From Dehalococcoidia bacterium (GTDB lineage Bacteria; Chloroflexota; Dehalococcoidia; Lucifugimonadales; UBA3495), in contig DAOUJN010000039.1 in NCBI GenBank assembly GCA_034422655.1, positions 16,937 through 80,936 of the forward strand: a stretch of 64,000 bases of DNA, given 5' to 3'. The translations under genes were made by a program, and so were the position numbers. Under the pieces are notes generated by a model. It was not told the origin of the DNA. It did not search any database and saw only the letters and a program-made list of their open reading frames with translations. Shown here one piece after another: positions 26,147 to 35,832 of this stretch (its first letter is position 1; every line of letters begins with the position of its first letter).

Positions 26147-28045
26147 ATGGCAACCCAACCCACAACTTCACCGCATCCGCCGAACCTGTCTTCCTTCCTG
26201 ACGGCTTCCCACGAGTGGCTGGGTGAAGACTACGCCGCCCTCGTGGTCAAGCAGGTGCTCGACGCTCGCGAGCAGGTCCCCGCCGAGGTCAAGCGCGCCC
26301 TGGATGCCTCCATTCGAAGCAGCGGCGTGCGGGTCCCCGGGGCCCAGTTCCAGCACAAGGACGTTGAGGACGCCCCCACCCATCATCTCCAGTCGCCCGT
26401 CCTCCGGAAAATGCACTCCTCCGACGAACTGACCGAGGCCGTGCTGCGGGCCTGGGTCGCCATCCAGGGCGACCTTTACGAGAGTGTCGTTCAGCACCTC
26501 CAGTGGAACGATGAACCCACCTACGGCCCCGACCGCAAGGAAATGAGCTTCCGCGGTTTCTGGGACGCTCGCGACTGGCAGACCAACTTCAACCAGTTCC
26601 TGGCAGACCGTACGGGCTTCGACCGCAATGACGTGGGGCTGATGCTCTGGTACGTCTCCGGCAAGCTTCCCCCGCCCATCTCCGAAGTTGAAGACCCCCT
26701 GGAGCGGGTGGACTTCGAACGCTGGAAGGAGCTACTTACGGCCCTGCGCCCCGACGCCCCCCAGTGGGAGCAGGCCCTGGAATTTGCCGCGGCCATCGGG
26801 GACATAGTAATTGAAAAGGAACAGCAGCGGGCCAGGGATGCCGTCAACCAGTTGAGGACCAAGGTTGAAGACATCTGGATAGAGTATTCCGACGAGCTGG
26901 TTTACCTGGAAAAGAACATCGGGCAGTGGGGCGCGGCCAGGAACATCCGGCCCGAGGTAGCCCTGGATACTCTGGCCCGGGTGATCAACCTCGAGTCGCT
27001 GCTGGACCAGTATCGCCCCATCAGGGACCAGGCCCAGAGCAGGAGTGTCGAGTCCTCCCGGGCCGGTCGCCGCGCCGAACTGGAGGCGGAGATTATTTCC
27101 ACCGTCACCGAACTGGAACCCGTCTTTGACCCCAACTCAAATCCCACGCCGCCGCAGTCCGATTTTGCCATAGATATCGGCTCCCTGGATTGCGAAGCGG
27201 CCGACGACCAGGAAGAGCCGGGAGACATGCCTCCTGTCCTGGCGGACATTGGGGACATGGAAGCCGCCGACGAGTGCGATGACCTGGCGCCCCTGGACCT
27301 GGTGGCTCTTGAGCCTGCTTCCGACGCCTTTGCCGGGGCCGCCGACGCCTTGCCCCCGTCCTCCGATCTATTGACAGACCTCCCCGAGTCCCTGGCTCCG
27401 CCCCCCGAAACCCTGGGCCTCGAAACTCCCCAGGTCCAGTCTCCTGACGTCAACGTCACCATTCTGGCCGGCCTGCAATCCCTGCGGCAGGACCTGGAAC
27501 AACTGAAGGAGCAACTGTCCACCACCGGCGGCAACGCCGATGCAGCCCAGGAAACCGTAGTATCAGAAGACGGCTTGACCCTGGAGGCTGCCGTTGATGC
27601 GCCGGGCATGGGCCTGGCAGCGGCGGTGGCCCAGGCCGTGGAGCGGTATTCCAGGCAGTTGATTTTCCGGCTTAACCCCGAGTCCCTGGTGGACGGCAAT
27701 CCCTTCGAGGACCCCCAGTCCGTGTCCGATGCCCTGGAATGGTTGGCTACCGCCTACTACGTCGCCCGCCATGGGGACCTGAACCCCGCCCAGCTGAACG
27801 ACTCCCTTTACCGTGCCTGCCGGTGGAAGTATTCCAGCAGCCAGCACGACCGGACCTTCTTCCAGTCCGAAGGACAGTACCGCATGCTGGTCAATGGCCG
27901 GGCCTATTTTCTCAATGAGACCATCGGCAAGGGCGTGGGCGACGACCCGGTGAATACCATCCGCATCGCCTTTTACTGGGACCGCCAGCGCGAGCGGGTC
28001 GTCATTGGCTACATCGGCCAGCACCGGCAGTCCCCGGCGTCCTGA
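26147..28045 (+). CDS. hypothetical protein, 632 aa
   Basis: Long ORF with host-like composition and a GAAGGAAG RBS. It has a helical N-terminal half, an acidic/Pro-rich low-complexity core and a distinct C-terminal domain. No family recognised. Confidence 0.75.
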   Translation: MATQPTTSPHPPNLSSFLTASHEWLGEDYAALVVKQVLDAREQVPAEVKRALDASIRSSGVRVPGAQFQHKDVEDAPTHHLQSPVLRKMHSSDELTEAVLRAWVAIQGDLYESVVQHLQWNDEPTYGPDRKEMSFRGFWDARDWQTNFNQFLADRTGFDRNDVGLMLWYVSGKLPPPISEVEDPLERVDFERWKELLTALRPDAPQWEQALEFAAAIGDIVIEKEQQRARDAVNQLRTKVEDIWIEYSDELVYLEKNIGQWGAARNIRPEVALDTLARVINLESLLDQYRPIRDQAQSRSVESSRAGRRAELEAEIISTVTELEPVFDPNSNPTPPQSDFAIDIGSLDCEAADDQEEPGDMPPVLADIGDMEAADECDDLAPLDLVALEPASDAFAGAADALPPSSDLLTDLPESLAPPPETLGLETPQVQSPDVNVTILAGLQSLRQDLEQLKEQLSTTGGNADAAQETVVSEDGLTLEAAVDAPGMGLAAAVAQAVERYSRQLIFRLNPESLVDGNPFEDPQSVSDALEWLATAYYVARHGDLNPAQLNDSLYRACRWKYSSSQHDRTFFQSEGQYRMLVNGRAYFLNETIGKGVGDDPVNTIRIAFYWDRQRERVVIGYIGQHRQSPAS

Positions 28046-28050
28046 CCCCG

Positions 28051-28614
28051 TCACCACAACTCCCCTCCCGCGCGCCACTCCGCCGACAGCGATTGGGTCG
28101 GGTCCAGCATCGGCGTCCGCGGCAGCCGCAGTATCATCACCCGCTCTTCCGGCGTGGCAATCAGCGCCGCAGGTTCCGACGCCGACGTCTCTACCGGCCT
28201 TATGAAGAGCGGCCCCTGCCAGTATTCCCACCCCAGGTGACCGTAAAGTCCCGTATCTGCCGGGCACAGCGCGGCCAGGTCGTACTCCCCCCTGACAGCC
28301 TCCTCGGCCAGCCTCCGCATTATGGACGCCCCAATTCCCCGGTTCCGGTAACCCTCCGCCGTCGCCACCAACTCCACGTACGCCGTGCGCAGCAGCGGCC
28401 CCACCCCCGCCTGCAGCCATCGCGTGACTATCATGCCGTGGCCGACCAGCGCCTCTCCCGCCCACGCCAGCACGTGCAAGTCGGCGCTGTAGGCGGCAAA
28501 AAGGTGGGACACGTCCTCGCCGTACGCCTCGTTGCACAGCCGGAGAATCTCCTCCCTGCCCGCACCGTCCAGCCAGTCAGGCTCTACCACGTCTATGTGA
28601 AATTCCCTTAGCAT
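28051..28614 (-). CDS. GNAT N-acetyltransferase, aminoglycoside 2'-N-acetyltransferase (AAC(2'))-like
   Basis: GNAT core YRNRGIGASIMRRL and a C-terminal AEWRAGGELW, resembling the CDWRAGDVW end of AAC(2')-I enzymes. Start at MLREF; the track ORF extends to 28641. Confidence 0.75.
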   Translation of the reverse strand: MLREFHIDVVEPDWLDGAGREEILRLCNEAYGEDVSHLFAAYSADLHVLAWAGEALVGHGMIVTRWLQAGVGPLLRTAYVELVATAEGYRNRGIGASIMRRLAEEAVRGEYDLAALCPADTGLYGHLGWEYWQGPLFIRPVETSASEPAALIATPEERVMILRLPRTPMLDPTQSLSAEWRAGGELW

Positions 28615-28694
28615 CGGAACAAAAGAGAACCCCCGCGCCACTTACATCGGCGCGGGGGCCAGGTCACGTATCTTGCTGACTGTGGGGCGGCAGC

Positions 28695-29741
28695 CTACAG
28701 GCGGGCCCCGTCGTACATCCCCACGAAGTAGGGAGGTATCTTCCGGTAAATCTGGATCCGGTTCCGCTGCGAGTCGACGATGAACAGCCGGTCGTTTTCG
28801 TCAATCTCAACGCCGATGGGCCCGCGGAGGAACTTCTCCCGCTCCAGGCCCTGGGCGATCTCCCGCTGGAGCTTCATATCCGGGTTGGCGTCCAGCTTGG
28901 TGATGCCCCACTTGGACAGGGTGGCGTCGCCCATGATGACCGAGATGAACAGCCCGTTGCTGTCCAGCACCTGCACCCGGTCATTGTCCCAGTCGGCCAC
29001 GTAGATGATGCCGTCCTTGTCCACTGCCACGCCGGTGGGCCGCTTGAACTCGCCCTCCCCGCTGCCCGTGGAACCCATCGCCATCAGGAAGTTGCCGTCG
29101 GCATCGAACTTCTGGACCCGGTCGTTGCGCCAGTCGGCAATGAATATGCTGCCTTCCTGGTCAATGTCGATGCCCCAGGGCATGTTCAGTTGCCCGTTGC
29201 CGCTGCCGAAGCTGCCGAAGGAGGAAATATACTGTCCATCCTTGGTGTACTTCTGGACCCGGTTATTGCCCGTGTCCACCAGCACCACGTTCCCGTCGGC
29301 GTCAAAGTGGATGCCCGAGGGCTGGTTGAACTGGCCCTCGCCGTCGCCCGCCACGCCCCAGGAACCCAGCCAGTCGCCGTCCTTGGAGAATATGGCGACC
29401 CGGTTGAGCCACTCATCGGTGATGTAAAGGTTTTCGTCGCCGTCCAGGGCGATGTCCGTGGGCCAGACCAGCGAACCGTCGGAGGCGTTCTCGCCCGTGT
29501 CCATCAGGTCGCCGCCCAGGCGCCCGCCGTTGCCGATCTCGCCGATGTAGTCCTCGTCCACCGTGCAGACGGTGATGCGCTTGGAATCGGCCCGGTAGTC
29601 GTAGGCCCGGTTGACAACGTACATCACGTTGTCCGCTCCCAGGGCCAGGGAGACGGGATTCTTGAAGCCCGGTCCGGCCTCTTCGCCCCGTCCGATGGTG
29701 TGGGTGTAACGGTAGGTTACACCTTGAACTTGCGTTGTCAT
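28695..29741 (-). CDS. NHL-repeat beta-propeller protein
   Basis: Six repeats of the type G.G.GQFN.P.GI..D..G.I.VAD..N.RVQ.F. Confidence 0.85.
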   Translation of the reverse strand: MTTQVQGVTYRYTHTIGRGEEAGPGFKNPVSLALGADNVMYVVNRAYDYRADSKRITVCTVDEDYIGEIGNGGRLGGDLMDTGENASDGSLVWPTDIALDGDENLYITDEWLNRVAIFSKDGDWLGSWGVAGDGEGQFNQPSGIHFDADGNVVLVDTGNNRVQKYTKDGQYISSFGSFGSGNGQLNMPWGIDIDQEGSIFIADWRNDRVQKFDADGNFLMAMGSTGSGEGEFKRPTGVAVDKDGIIYVADWDNDRVQVLDSNGLFISVIMGDATLSKWGITKLDANPDMKLQREIAQGLEREKFLRGPIGVEIDENDRLFIVDSQRNRIQIYRKIPPYFVGMYDGARL

Positions 29742-29805
29742 TCTCCTCTCCGCCAGGCAAGTTGAAGAGAGCGCCGGTTAAGGCGCTCTCCCTGGTGCCC
29801 TGGTC

Positions 29806-30945
29806 TTACTTCTTGATGAAGTCCATCTTCTCGAAGCTGCCGTTCACGATGGGCTTGGCTTCAAGGCCGAACCAGTCTTCCAGGATGGTCGTGTACAGGC
29901 CCCGGAAGTCGTTGTTGAAGTGCAGGTCGCCGTCCAGCAGCTTGTCCTCTTCCAGGGACGGATACTCGCCGTACAGGCCGCCCTTAACGCAGTCGCCGAT
30001 GATGTACGCGGCGCCGCCCGAACCGTGGTCCGTGCCCGATCCGTTGTCATGGACCCGGCGCCCGAACTCGGTGAATACCAGCAGCATCACGTTGTCGGAT
30101 TCGTTGTGCTCCTTCAGGTCCTGGTAGAAGTCGTTTACCGTGCGGGAAACGTTCGCCACCAGGTTGGCGTGAGCCGTCAACTGCGTGGCGTGGGTGTCGA
30201 AGCTGTTGTACGGGGCCGTGGTGTACAGCACCCGCGTGCCCAGCCCGGCGCAATGCACCTGCGCGATGTTGCGCATGTACTGGCCGATGGAGCTGTCGTT
30301 GTATTCGATGCTCGAAGTGTACTGGGCGGGAGCGGTGGCCAGGATGTCGGCGCCCTTCAGCGCGTCCATGCCCGTCTGCGACAGGTAGTCAACCACCGGG
30401 CCGTGGCCCATGGCCGGCGAATACATGCGGGCGAAAATGTCCAGGGCTTCCGACCGCTGCTCTTCCGCCTCAATGGTGGTCAGCACGCCGTAGCTCTCCA
30501 GGTTGCCCACCGAGGCCACCGGAACGCCGGCGGCTACCATGGCCCGGGGAAGGCCCCGGCCGAAGTTAACGCCGGTCAGCACGTTTTCCTTGTTGGGGTC
30601 CAGTTCCTTTATGGCCCGGCCCAGCCAGCCCTCGTCGGCGATCTTTTCCGGCTCGCAGGTGTGCCAGATGTCCATGGACCGGAAGTGGGACCGGTTGGGT
30701 ACCGGGTAACCCACGCCCTGGATCACCGCCACCTTGCCCTCGTCGTAGAGAGCCTTGAACTCGGGCATGTTGGGGTTGATGCCCAGCTCGTCGTTGATGG
30801 GCATTACCTGGTCCACGGGAATGTGAACGTTGGGCCGGTTGTCCATGTACAGCGGGTTCGTGTACGGGACGAAGGTATTCATGAAGTCGTTGCCGCCGGA
30901 TAGCTGAAGAACTACCAGGACCGGATCTTTCTTGGTGCTGGTCAT
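29806..30945 (-). CDS. DUF1501 domain protein (sulfatase-fold)
   Basis: VLVVLQLSGGNDFMNT and FTEFGRRV...GTDHG motifs are typical of DUF1501. It lies directly downstream of a DUF1800 gene, the usual pairing. Confidence 0.85.
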   Translation of the reverse strand: MTSTKKDPVLVVLQLSGGNDFMNTFVPYTNPLYMDNRPNVHIPVDQVMPINDELGINPNMPEFKALYDEGKVAVIQGVGYPVPNRSHFRSMDIWHTCEPEKIADEGWLGRAIKELDPNKENVLTGVNFGRGLPRAMVAAGVPVASVGNLESYGVLTTIEAEEQRSEALDIFARMYSPAMGHGPVVDYLSQTGMDALKGADILATAPAQYTSSIEYNDSSIGQYMRNIAQVHCAGLGTRVLYTTAPYNSFDTHATQLTAHANLVANVSRTVNDFYQDLKEHNESDNVMLLVFTEFGRRVHDNGSGTDHGSGGAAYIIGDCVKGGLYGEYPSLEEDKLLDGDLHFNNDFRGLYTTILEDWFGLEAKPIVNGSFEKMDFIKK

Positions 30946-31052
30946 ATCTCCTCCTCTATGGTTGTTTTTCGAGCTTATTTTGTTTCCGGCTTCCTGGCTT
31001 CTTGTTCCCGATTGACCGGGCAGGAAGCCGGTGGATTCCTTTCTTATCGCCC

Positions 31053-32462
31053 TTAGGCGAACTGGTACTCCTGGGTGGCCACGATCAACTGCAGCAACTG
31101 GCTCACCTGGCTGGTGAATTCCTCGCTATCGGTCTTGAGTTCCCCTGCCTTCACTGCCTGGTTCAGGAACAGTTCGCGGGTTTCCGGCATCAGGGAGTAA
31201 CCGCCCAGCAGTTCCAGGCAGCCGTCCAGCAGGTCGTCGGCGGAGATTACGTCGCCGCGGGAAGCCAGGCGGGAAACAATGTCCTGGATGCCGGGGGCGT
31301 CCATCCTGCCCATCTCGCCGGCCGCGAAGTTGACCCGCTCCACCAGGGTGCCGCTGTCAATCCACTCCTTGCCCGTGTGCCAGCCTTCCACCGTCGGAGG
31401 GTTCAGCAGGTCCTGGCCCATGTAGCGAATCTGCAGGGCCGGGTCGTAGAACCGGGGCTTCGGGGTCTCGAAGTCGCCCACGATCCGCAGCGTGCCGCAC
31501 ACCACTTCGGAGGGGTTCTTCACCTTGGCGAACCGGGCGTTCTTGAAGCTGTCGGAATTGAACAGCACCCGCAACATCGACCGGATTTCATACCCGGAGC
31601 GGAAGTACTCGTCTTCCAGGGCCTTGATCAGTTCCGGGTCCAGGGGCGGCGTGTGCTGCCAGGCGGGGACCTGCGGCTCGTCGGCCACGAAGAAGTTGTA
31701 AAGGTGGCGGGCGACGAAGCGCGCGGTGGCCGGCTGCTTGCAGATGATGCGGACCACGTCGTCCCCGTTCCAGTTCCCGGTCTCGCCCAGGAAGGTCTTG
31801 TCGTCTTCAATGTGGTCGAACTTGTTGTAAAGGAACCGGTTGGCGTAGCTGCCGTACGGGTACCTCGGGATGGCGTTGGCGATGGTCCAGCCGGTAAACG
31901 CCTGGGCGCAGGCCTTTACGTCGTCTTCGCTGTAGTTGGCCTCGCCGTCCATGCCCACGCCCATGGAGAACAGCTCCAGCAACTCGCGGCCCCAGTTCTC
32001 GTTCACCGCTTCCTTGTGGCTCAGCTGGTTGTCCAGGTAGTAGAGCATTGCCGGGTCGGTGGACAGGTACATCAGCAAGTTTTCGAAATTGCCCATTCCG
32101 TGGGCCCGGAAGTTGTTCAGCTCCAGCAGAATCTGGCGGGCGCGCATGCACTTGGAGTCGCCCACGCAGAAAATTCCGTGCCAGAACAGGCATATCTTTT
32201 CTTCCAACTGCCGGGGGGAGTTGACCATGCGGTAGGTCCAGTACCCCTGGTTAGCCAGAACGCCGTTCATATCCCGCCAACCGTGCATGTAACGGTTCAT
32301 CACGTCCATCTGCAGGTCGGGCTGTTCTTCGGGATGGAGCAGTTCTTCCACGGTGGCCTCGTAACCCTTGGCCGCCCGCTGTTCCAGCTCCTCGTAAGAC
32401 GCGCCAAACCCCGCCCGGCGCATGAGGTGTGCCATCAACATAATGTCGTTGCTATCTGCCAT
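31053..32462 (-). CDS. DUF1800 domain protein
   Basis: LMAHLMRRAGFGASYEELE is typical of DUF1800. Start set at MADSND (GAAGGAG RBS). The track ORF extends to 32882 through intergenic repeats. Confidence 0.8.
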   Translation of the reverse strand: MADSNDIMLMAHLMRRAGFGASYEELEQRAAKGYEATVEELLHPEEQPDLQMDVMNRYMHGWRDMNGVLANQGYWTYRMVNSPRQLEEKICLFWHGIFCVGDSKCMRARQILLELNNFRAHGMGNFENLLMYLSTDPAMLYYLDNQLSHKEAVNENWGRELLELFSMGVGMDGEANYSEDDVKACAQAFTGWTIANAIPRYPYGSYANRFLYNKFDHIEDDKTFLGETGNWNGDDVVRIICKQPATARFVARHLYNFFVADEPQVPAWQHTPPLDPELIKALEDEYFRSGYEIRSMLRVLFNSDSFKNARFAKVKNPSEVVCGTLRIVGDFETPKPRFYDPALQIRYMGQDLLNPPTVEGWHTGKEWIDSGTLVERVNFAAGEMGRMDAPGIQDIVSRLASRGDVISADDLLDGCLELLGGYSLMPETRELFLNQAVKAGELKTDSEEFTSQVSQLLQLIVATQEYQFA

Positions 32463-32815
32463 ACCTTCTACTCCTTCTCTCAGTTTCTTCCGGTTCATCA
32501 GCCCCAACCGCGTCGGACAAACAAAGCCGACAGATACAGTTGGGCTGATGCGAGAGCTTCGCCTAAGGTGGCAACTGCTTTCTGCCGGTATATGTGCACT
32601 GGGATTATAATAGTTGCCGGCGCAATTGTCCAATAGTGGTCTGACTTTTCTCCCACCTTTAACAAGGCCTTTACCAAAGCCCTCTCGTGAAACCCACTGC
32701 CCCCTTCGTGCGTGGCCCAACTCCCTACTCCCAATTCTTAAATCTTGACTCTTAATTCCTGACACTCCCCCCTTGCCACCATAAAACCATGACTTACCCA
32801 AAACCCCACCCCTTC

Positions 32816-32858
32816 GTAGGGGCAGACCTGGGTGTCTGCCCTGGCAAGGGGCTACCCC
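32816..32858. repeat. REP-like palindrome (GTAGGGGCAGACCTGGGTGTCTGCCC...GGGGCTAC)
   Basis: Inner stem GGCAGAC/GTCTGCC with GTAGGGG-type ends. Sits in a divergent intergenic region. Confidence 0.55.
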
Positions 32859-32860
32859 CC

Positions 32861-32890
32861 AAATGGGCCAAAATGGAACCAAATGGAACG
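32861..32890 (+). repeat. three tandem AAATGG(G/A)(C/A)C(C/G) units
   Basis: AAATGGGCC AAAATGGAACC AAATGGAACG. The last 19 nt match the reverse complement of 40138-40156 at 18 of 19 positions. Confidence 0.7.
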
Positions 32891-32963
32891 AAAATTAAGA
32901 AAATCCCCATCGGTGAGTATTCGTCCGCCGCGGTGGATCAGTGGAAAGACGAAACCCGTACGG

Positions 32964-32992
32964 TTGACACAATTCTGGTTTCCCCGTAGGCT
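32964..32992 (+). promoter_or_regulatory. candidate promoter (TTGACA-N17-TAGGCT)
   Basis: Read directly, about 57 nt upstream of the 33049 start. Confidence 0.35.
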
Positions 32993-33048
32993 GAATGCCG
33001 GTTCACATAGGGCCTGATTCTCGACATCAACAATGGAGGCGGTTTTCC

Positions 33049-34017
33049 ATGCGCAGCATCGACATTCACGCCCACATAACTCCCGAGAACTGCCTGAAGG
33101 CCATGCGCGAGGGGACCGGATATTACGCCCTCAGCCCCCGGCAGGTGGCCGGCAGGTACCGGGGCTATACACCCAGGGGAATGTGGGGCCCCGAGGAGCG
33201 TATCCAGGACATGGACTCCCTGGGCGTGGACATTCACGTCCTGTCCACCCACTCCTTCCTTTACTGCTATGACGGCGACCTCGATACCGTTGTGGCCATG
33301 GACCGCGAGTGCAACGACTACGTTGCCGGCTTGATCAAACAGTATCCAGATCGCTTTTCCGGCCTGGCCAACCTGCCCATGCAGGACATGGCCGCCTCGG
33401 TTGCCGAACTGGAACGCTCGGTTAACGACCTGGGCCTGAAGGGCGCCATGATCGGCGATAACGTCAACGGCAAGACCTACGACAACCCCGAGTTCTTCCC
33501 CCTGTGGGACGCCGCGCAACAACTGGGAGCGGTAATGCTGATCCACCAGGACGGCCCCACGGTGGTCAGCCCCAGGAATGAGAACTACCACCTGTCCAAC
33601 ACCATCGGTAACCTGGCCGATCGGGCAGTTACCTTCGCTTCCTTCGTTTTCGGCGGCGTCATGGACCAGTTTCCTGACCTGCGCGTCTGCCTCTGCCACG
33701 GCGGGGGCTATGCCTGCTACGGCATCGGCCGCATGGACCGGGGCTGGCAGGTCCGCTCCGAAGCCCGGGTCAACATCAACCGGCCGCCCAGCGAATACCT
33801 GCGCAGCTTCTACTACGACTGCCTGACCCACAGCGAGGAGGACTTGAGGTACCTGATCGACTGCGTGGGCGTTGACCGGGTGTTGTTCGGCACCGACTGG
33901 CCGGCCGACATGCAGATTGACTGGCCCGTATCGTGGATTCTCGGCCTCCGGAGCCTCTCCCGGGACGAGAAGGAAGCTATCCTCTGGAAGAACCTTGAAG
34001 CCTTGCTGGGGCTATAG
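33049..34017 (+). CDS. amidohydrolase-2 family protein (ACMSD-like decarboxylase/hydrolase)
   Basis: MRSIDIHAHI N-terminus, LIHQDG, CHGGG and FGTDWP motifs. Confidence 0.85.
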   Translation: MRSIDIHAHITPENCLKAMREGTGYYALSPRQVAGRYRGYTPRGMWGPEERIQDMDSLGVDIHVLSTHSFLYCYDGDLDTVVAMDRECNDYVAGLIKQYPDRFSGLANLPMQDMAASVAELERSVNDLGLKGAMIGDNVNGKTYDNPEFFPLWDAAQQLGAVMLIHQDGPTVVSPRNENYHLSNTIGNLADRAVTFASFVFGGVMDQFPDLRVCLCHGGGYACYGIGRMDRGWQVRSEARVNINRPPSEYLRSFYYDCLTHSEEDLRYLIDCVGVDRVLFGTDWPADMQIDWPVSWILGLRSLSRDEKEAILWKNLEALLGL

Positions 34018-34197
34018 GGTCCGCCGCCCTTCTTGGCCCGAAATATTGATAATGGCTAATTGCGGTCAGTCAGCCCGTCCCACATACGGGCCCCTTTTCT
34101 GGCCCATTCTCGTAAAAAGCGGGAATTGTCAGCCAAGGCTTGCAAAGTTACAATGTATCGACGTTGATTACATAACATTTCTGTCATGGAGGGAAAA

Positions 34198-35205
34198 ATG
34201 GGTTTTGGGAGTAGTGGAGGGGTGAAGGTGCCTCGGTTGCCCGTAATACTAATCTATCTGACCATTAGCTGCGTCGTCTTGTTGGCCTTGGGGGCTTGTG
34301 GAGGAGAGGACCCCACTCCGGTCCCGCCGCCCGCTCCCGCTCCGGTCATTGTCCAACCGCCTCCCCAGCCGTTGCCCACTCTGCCGCCTCTTCCAACTGA
34401 AGAACCGGCTGAGCCAGTGGTGCAGGCCCCTGTGGCCACCCCGCTGGTGGTGGTGCCTGGCGGCCGGTTCGGCAGCCGCGCTCAGCCGACGGACACGCCG
34501 CCTCCGCCGCCTACCGAAGAGCCCACGGCCACGCCGGAACCAACGCCGGAACCCACGGCCACGCCTCTGCCCAGGCCTACGCCCACCGTCGTGATTAAGC
34601 CCAACACGCCCACCGAAACGCCCGTACCCGTCAGGAATCCGTCCATCAGCGTCACTCCTGGCAGCGGGCAGCCCGGAACGGGTGTCACCGTGGCCGGCAC
34701 AGACTTCGAACCCGGCACGCCCGTTGGCGCGGTGAGCTTTGGCGGGACCAGCGCTGCTCCCTCGCCGCCCGTTACCGTCGACTCCCTGGGCAGTTTCTTT
34801 GCCACCATCGTCGTGCCCGACGTGACCGCCGGCAACTACAACGTAACCCTGTCCGTGGGCTCGGACTCCGCTACGGCCGGTTTCAATGTCGTGGCGGCGC
34901 CTTCCGGCCCCGTGGTGCCGGCCGGCTCACCGATCATCAATACCCTGTCGCCCCTGGCCGGCAACCTGCAATGGGTGGCCTACTTCGACAACGCCACCAA
35001 GAGCTGGTCGCTGTATGACCCTACGGGGACTTTCACCCCGGGGCTGCTGCCCTTCTTCCTTAGCCCGCCCACCGATGTCAGCGCCTATTCGCCTCTGACT
35101 TCGTTGAATACCGACCTCTCATACCATTGGAACCTGGATCGGGCAGCTACAGTGAAGATAGGTGGCAAGGACTACGATTTCCAGGCAGGATACAGTGTGA
35201 AGTAA
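34198..35205 (+). CDS. Pro/Thr-rich lipoprotein with an Ig-like (IPT/TIG-type) domain
   Basis: Signal peptide with lipobox LALGAC, a long PT-rich linker, then SISVTPGSGQPGTGVTVAGTDFEPGTPV. GGAGGG RBS before the ATG at 34198. Confidence 0.7.
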   Translation: MGFGSSGGVKVPRLPVILIYLTISCVVLLALGACGGEDPTPVPPPAPAPVIVQPPPQPLPTLPPLPTEEPAEPVVQAPVATPLVVVPGGRFGSRAQPTDTPPPPPTEEPTATPEPTPEPTATPLPRPTPTVVIKPNTPTETPVPVRNPSISVTPGSGQPGTGVTVAGTDFEPGTPVGAVSFGGTSAAPSPPVTVDSLGSFFATIVVPDVTAGNYNVTLSVGSDSATAGFNVVAAPSGPVVPAGSPIINTLSPLAGNLQWVAYFDNATKSWSLYDPTGTFTPGLLPFFLSPPTDVSAYSPLTSLNTDLSYHWNLDRAATVKIGGKDYDFQAGYSVK

Positions 35206-35241
35206 TCCGCTGGCCCTCATCGGCTGGGTTGCCAAACAAAA

Positions 35242-35275
35242 AGCGGGACAGGTCCCTTGTTCAGGACCTGTCCCG
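35242..35275. terminator. bidirectional intrinsic terminator hairpin
   Basis: GCGGGACAGGTCC-8 nt loop-GGACCTGTCCCGC, with an A-run upstream. Lies between convergent genes. Confidence 0.55.
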
Positions 35276-35312
35276 CAAGTGTCTTGAAGCGGCGCTGCTG
35301 GGGCGTTTCCCT

Positions 35313-35789
35313 CTAACCGGAGATAACCTGCTCTTCGATGGCCCGCTTCCGCAGGTAGGCATTCTTCTCAATATGGTCTCGGAGGGTGATCAGGCCCGAC
35401 TCCACCAGGTAGGACACCAGTTTGTCGGCCGCTTCTCCCTGCTCCGACTGGGCCAGCAGTTCGCCGACCTTGTCCCGCAGTTGCCGCAGCGACCAGGCCA
35501 CCTGCTCTCCCACGGTGCCCAGCCCGTCGGGGAAGTCCACGTGGGAATTGCCGGGTGTCCCCAGCCGGTCGTAGCCGCCCGTATGCCAGTGGCCCCGGTC
35601 GGCGTGGCAGTCGAACCGCAGCACCTCTTCGTTGCCCACGTTCACGCCAATGGTTGGCCCGCCGCAACTCTGGCCCTGGATGGACAGGATGCGCAGGGGC
35701 CACACGTAAGCCGTCACCTGCCCGTCGGCGGACAGGGGTACGTGCAGCTCCTCTCCCCAGTATGCTTCTCCCATGCGCTTGGTTGCCAT
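35313..35789 (-). CDS. hypothetical protein
   Basis: 158-aa ORF with host-like codon bias. The overlapping alternatives are Arg/Pro-rich artefacts. No family recognised. Confidence 0.6.
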   Translation of the reverse strand: MATKRMGEAYWGEELHVPLSADGQVTAYVWPLRILSIQGQSCGGPTIGVNVGNEEVLRFDCHADRGHWHTGGYDRLGTPGNSHVDFPDGLGTVGEQVAWSLRQLRDKVGELLAQSEQGEAADKLVSYLVESGLITLRDHIEKNAYLRKRAIEEQVISG

Positions 35790-35832
35790 AGGTCATTCCT
35801 CCCGTCGGTTCTCAGGCTGCTCCTGGGACAGT

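Noticed and set aside
31002-32636. 544-aa plus-strand ORF
   Set aside because: It is antisense to the DUF1800 gene, has Val/Gly/His/Gln-rich low-information sequence, and shows no motifs or RBS. Shadow ORF.
32463-32882. 140-codon N-terminal extension of the DUF1800 ORF
   Set aside because: It reads through the REP-like palindrome and the tandem AATGGAAC repeats. A GAAGGAG RBS precedes the internal ATG at 32462, where the DUF1800 similarity begins.
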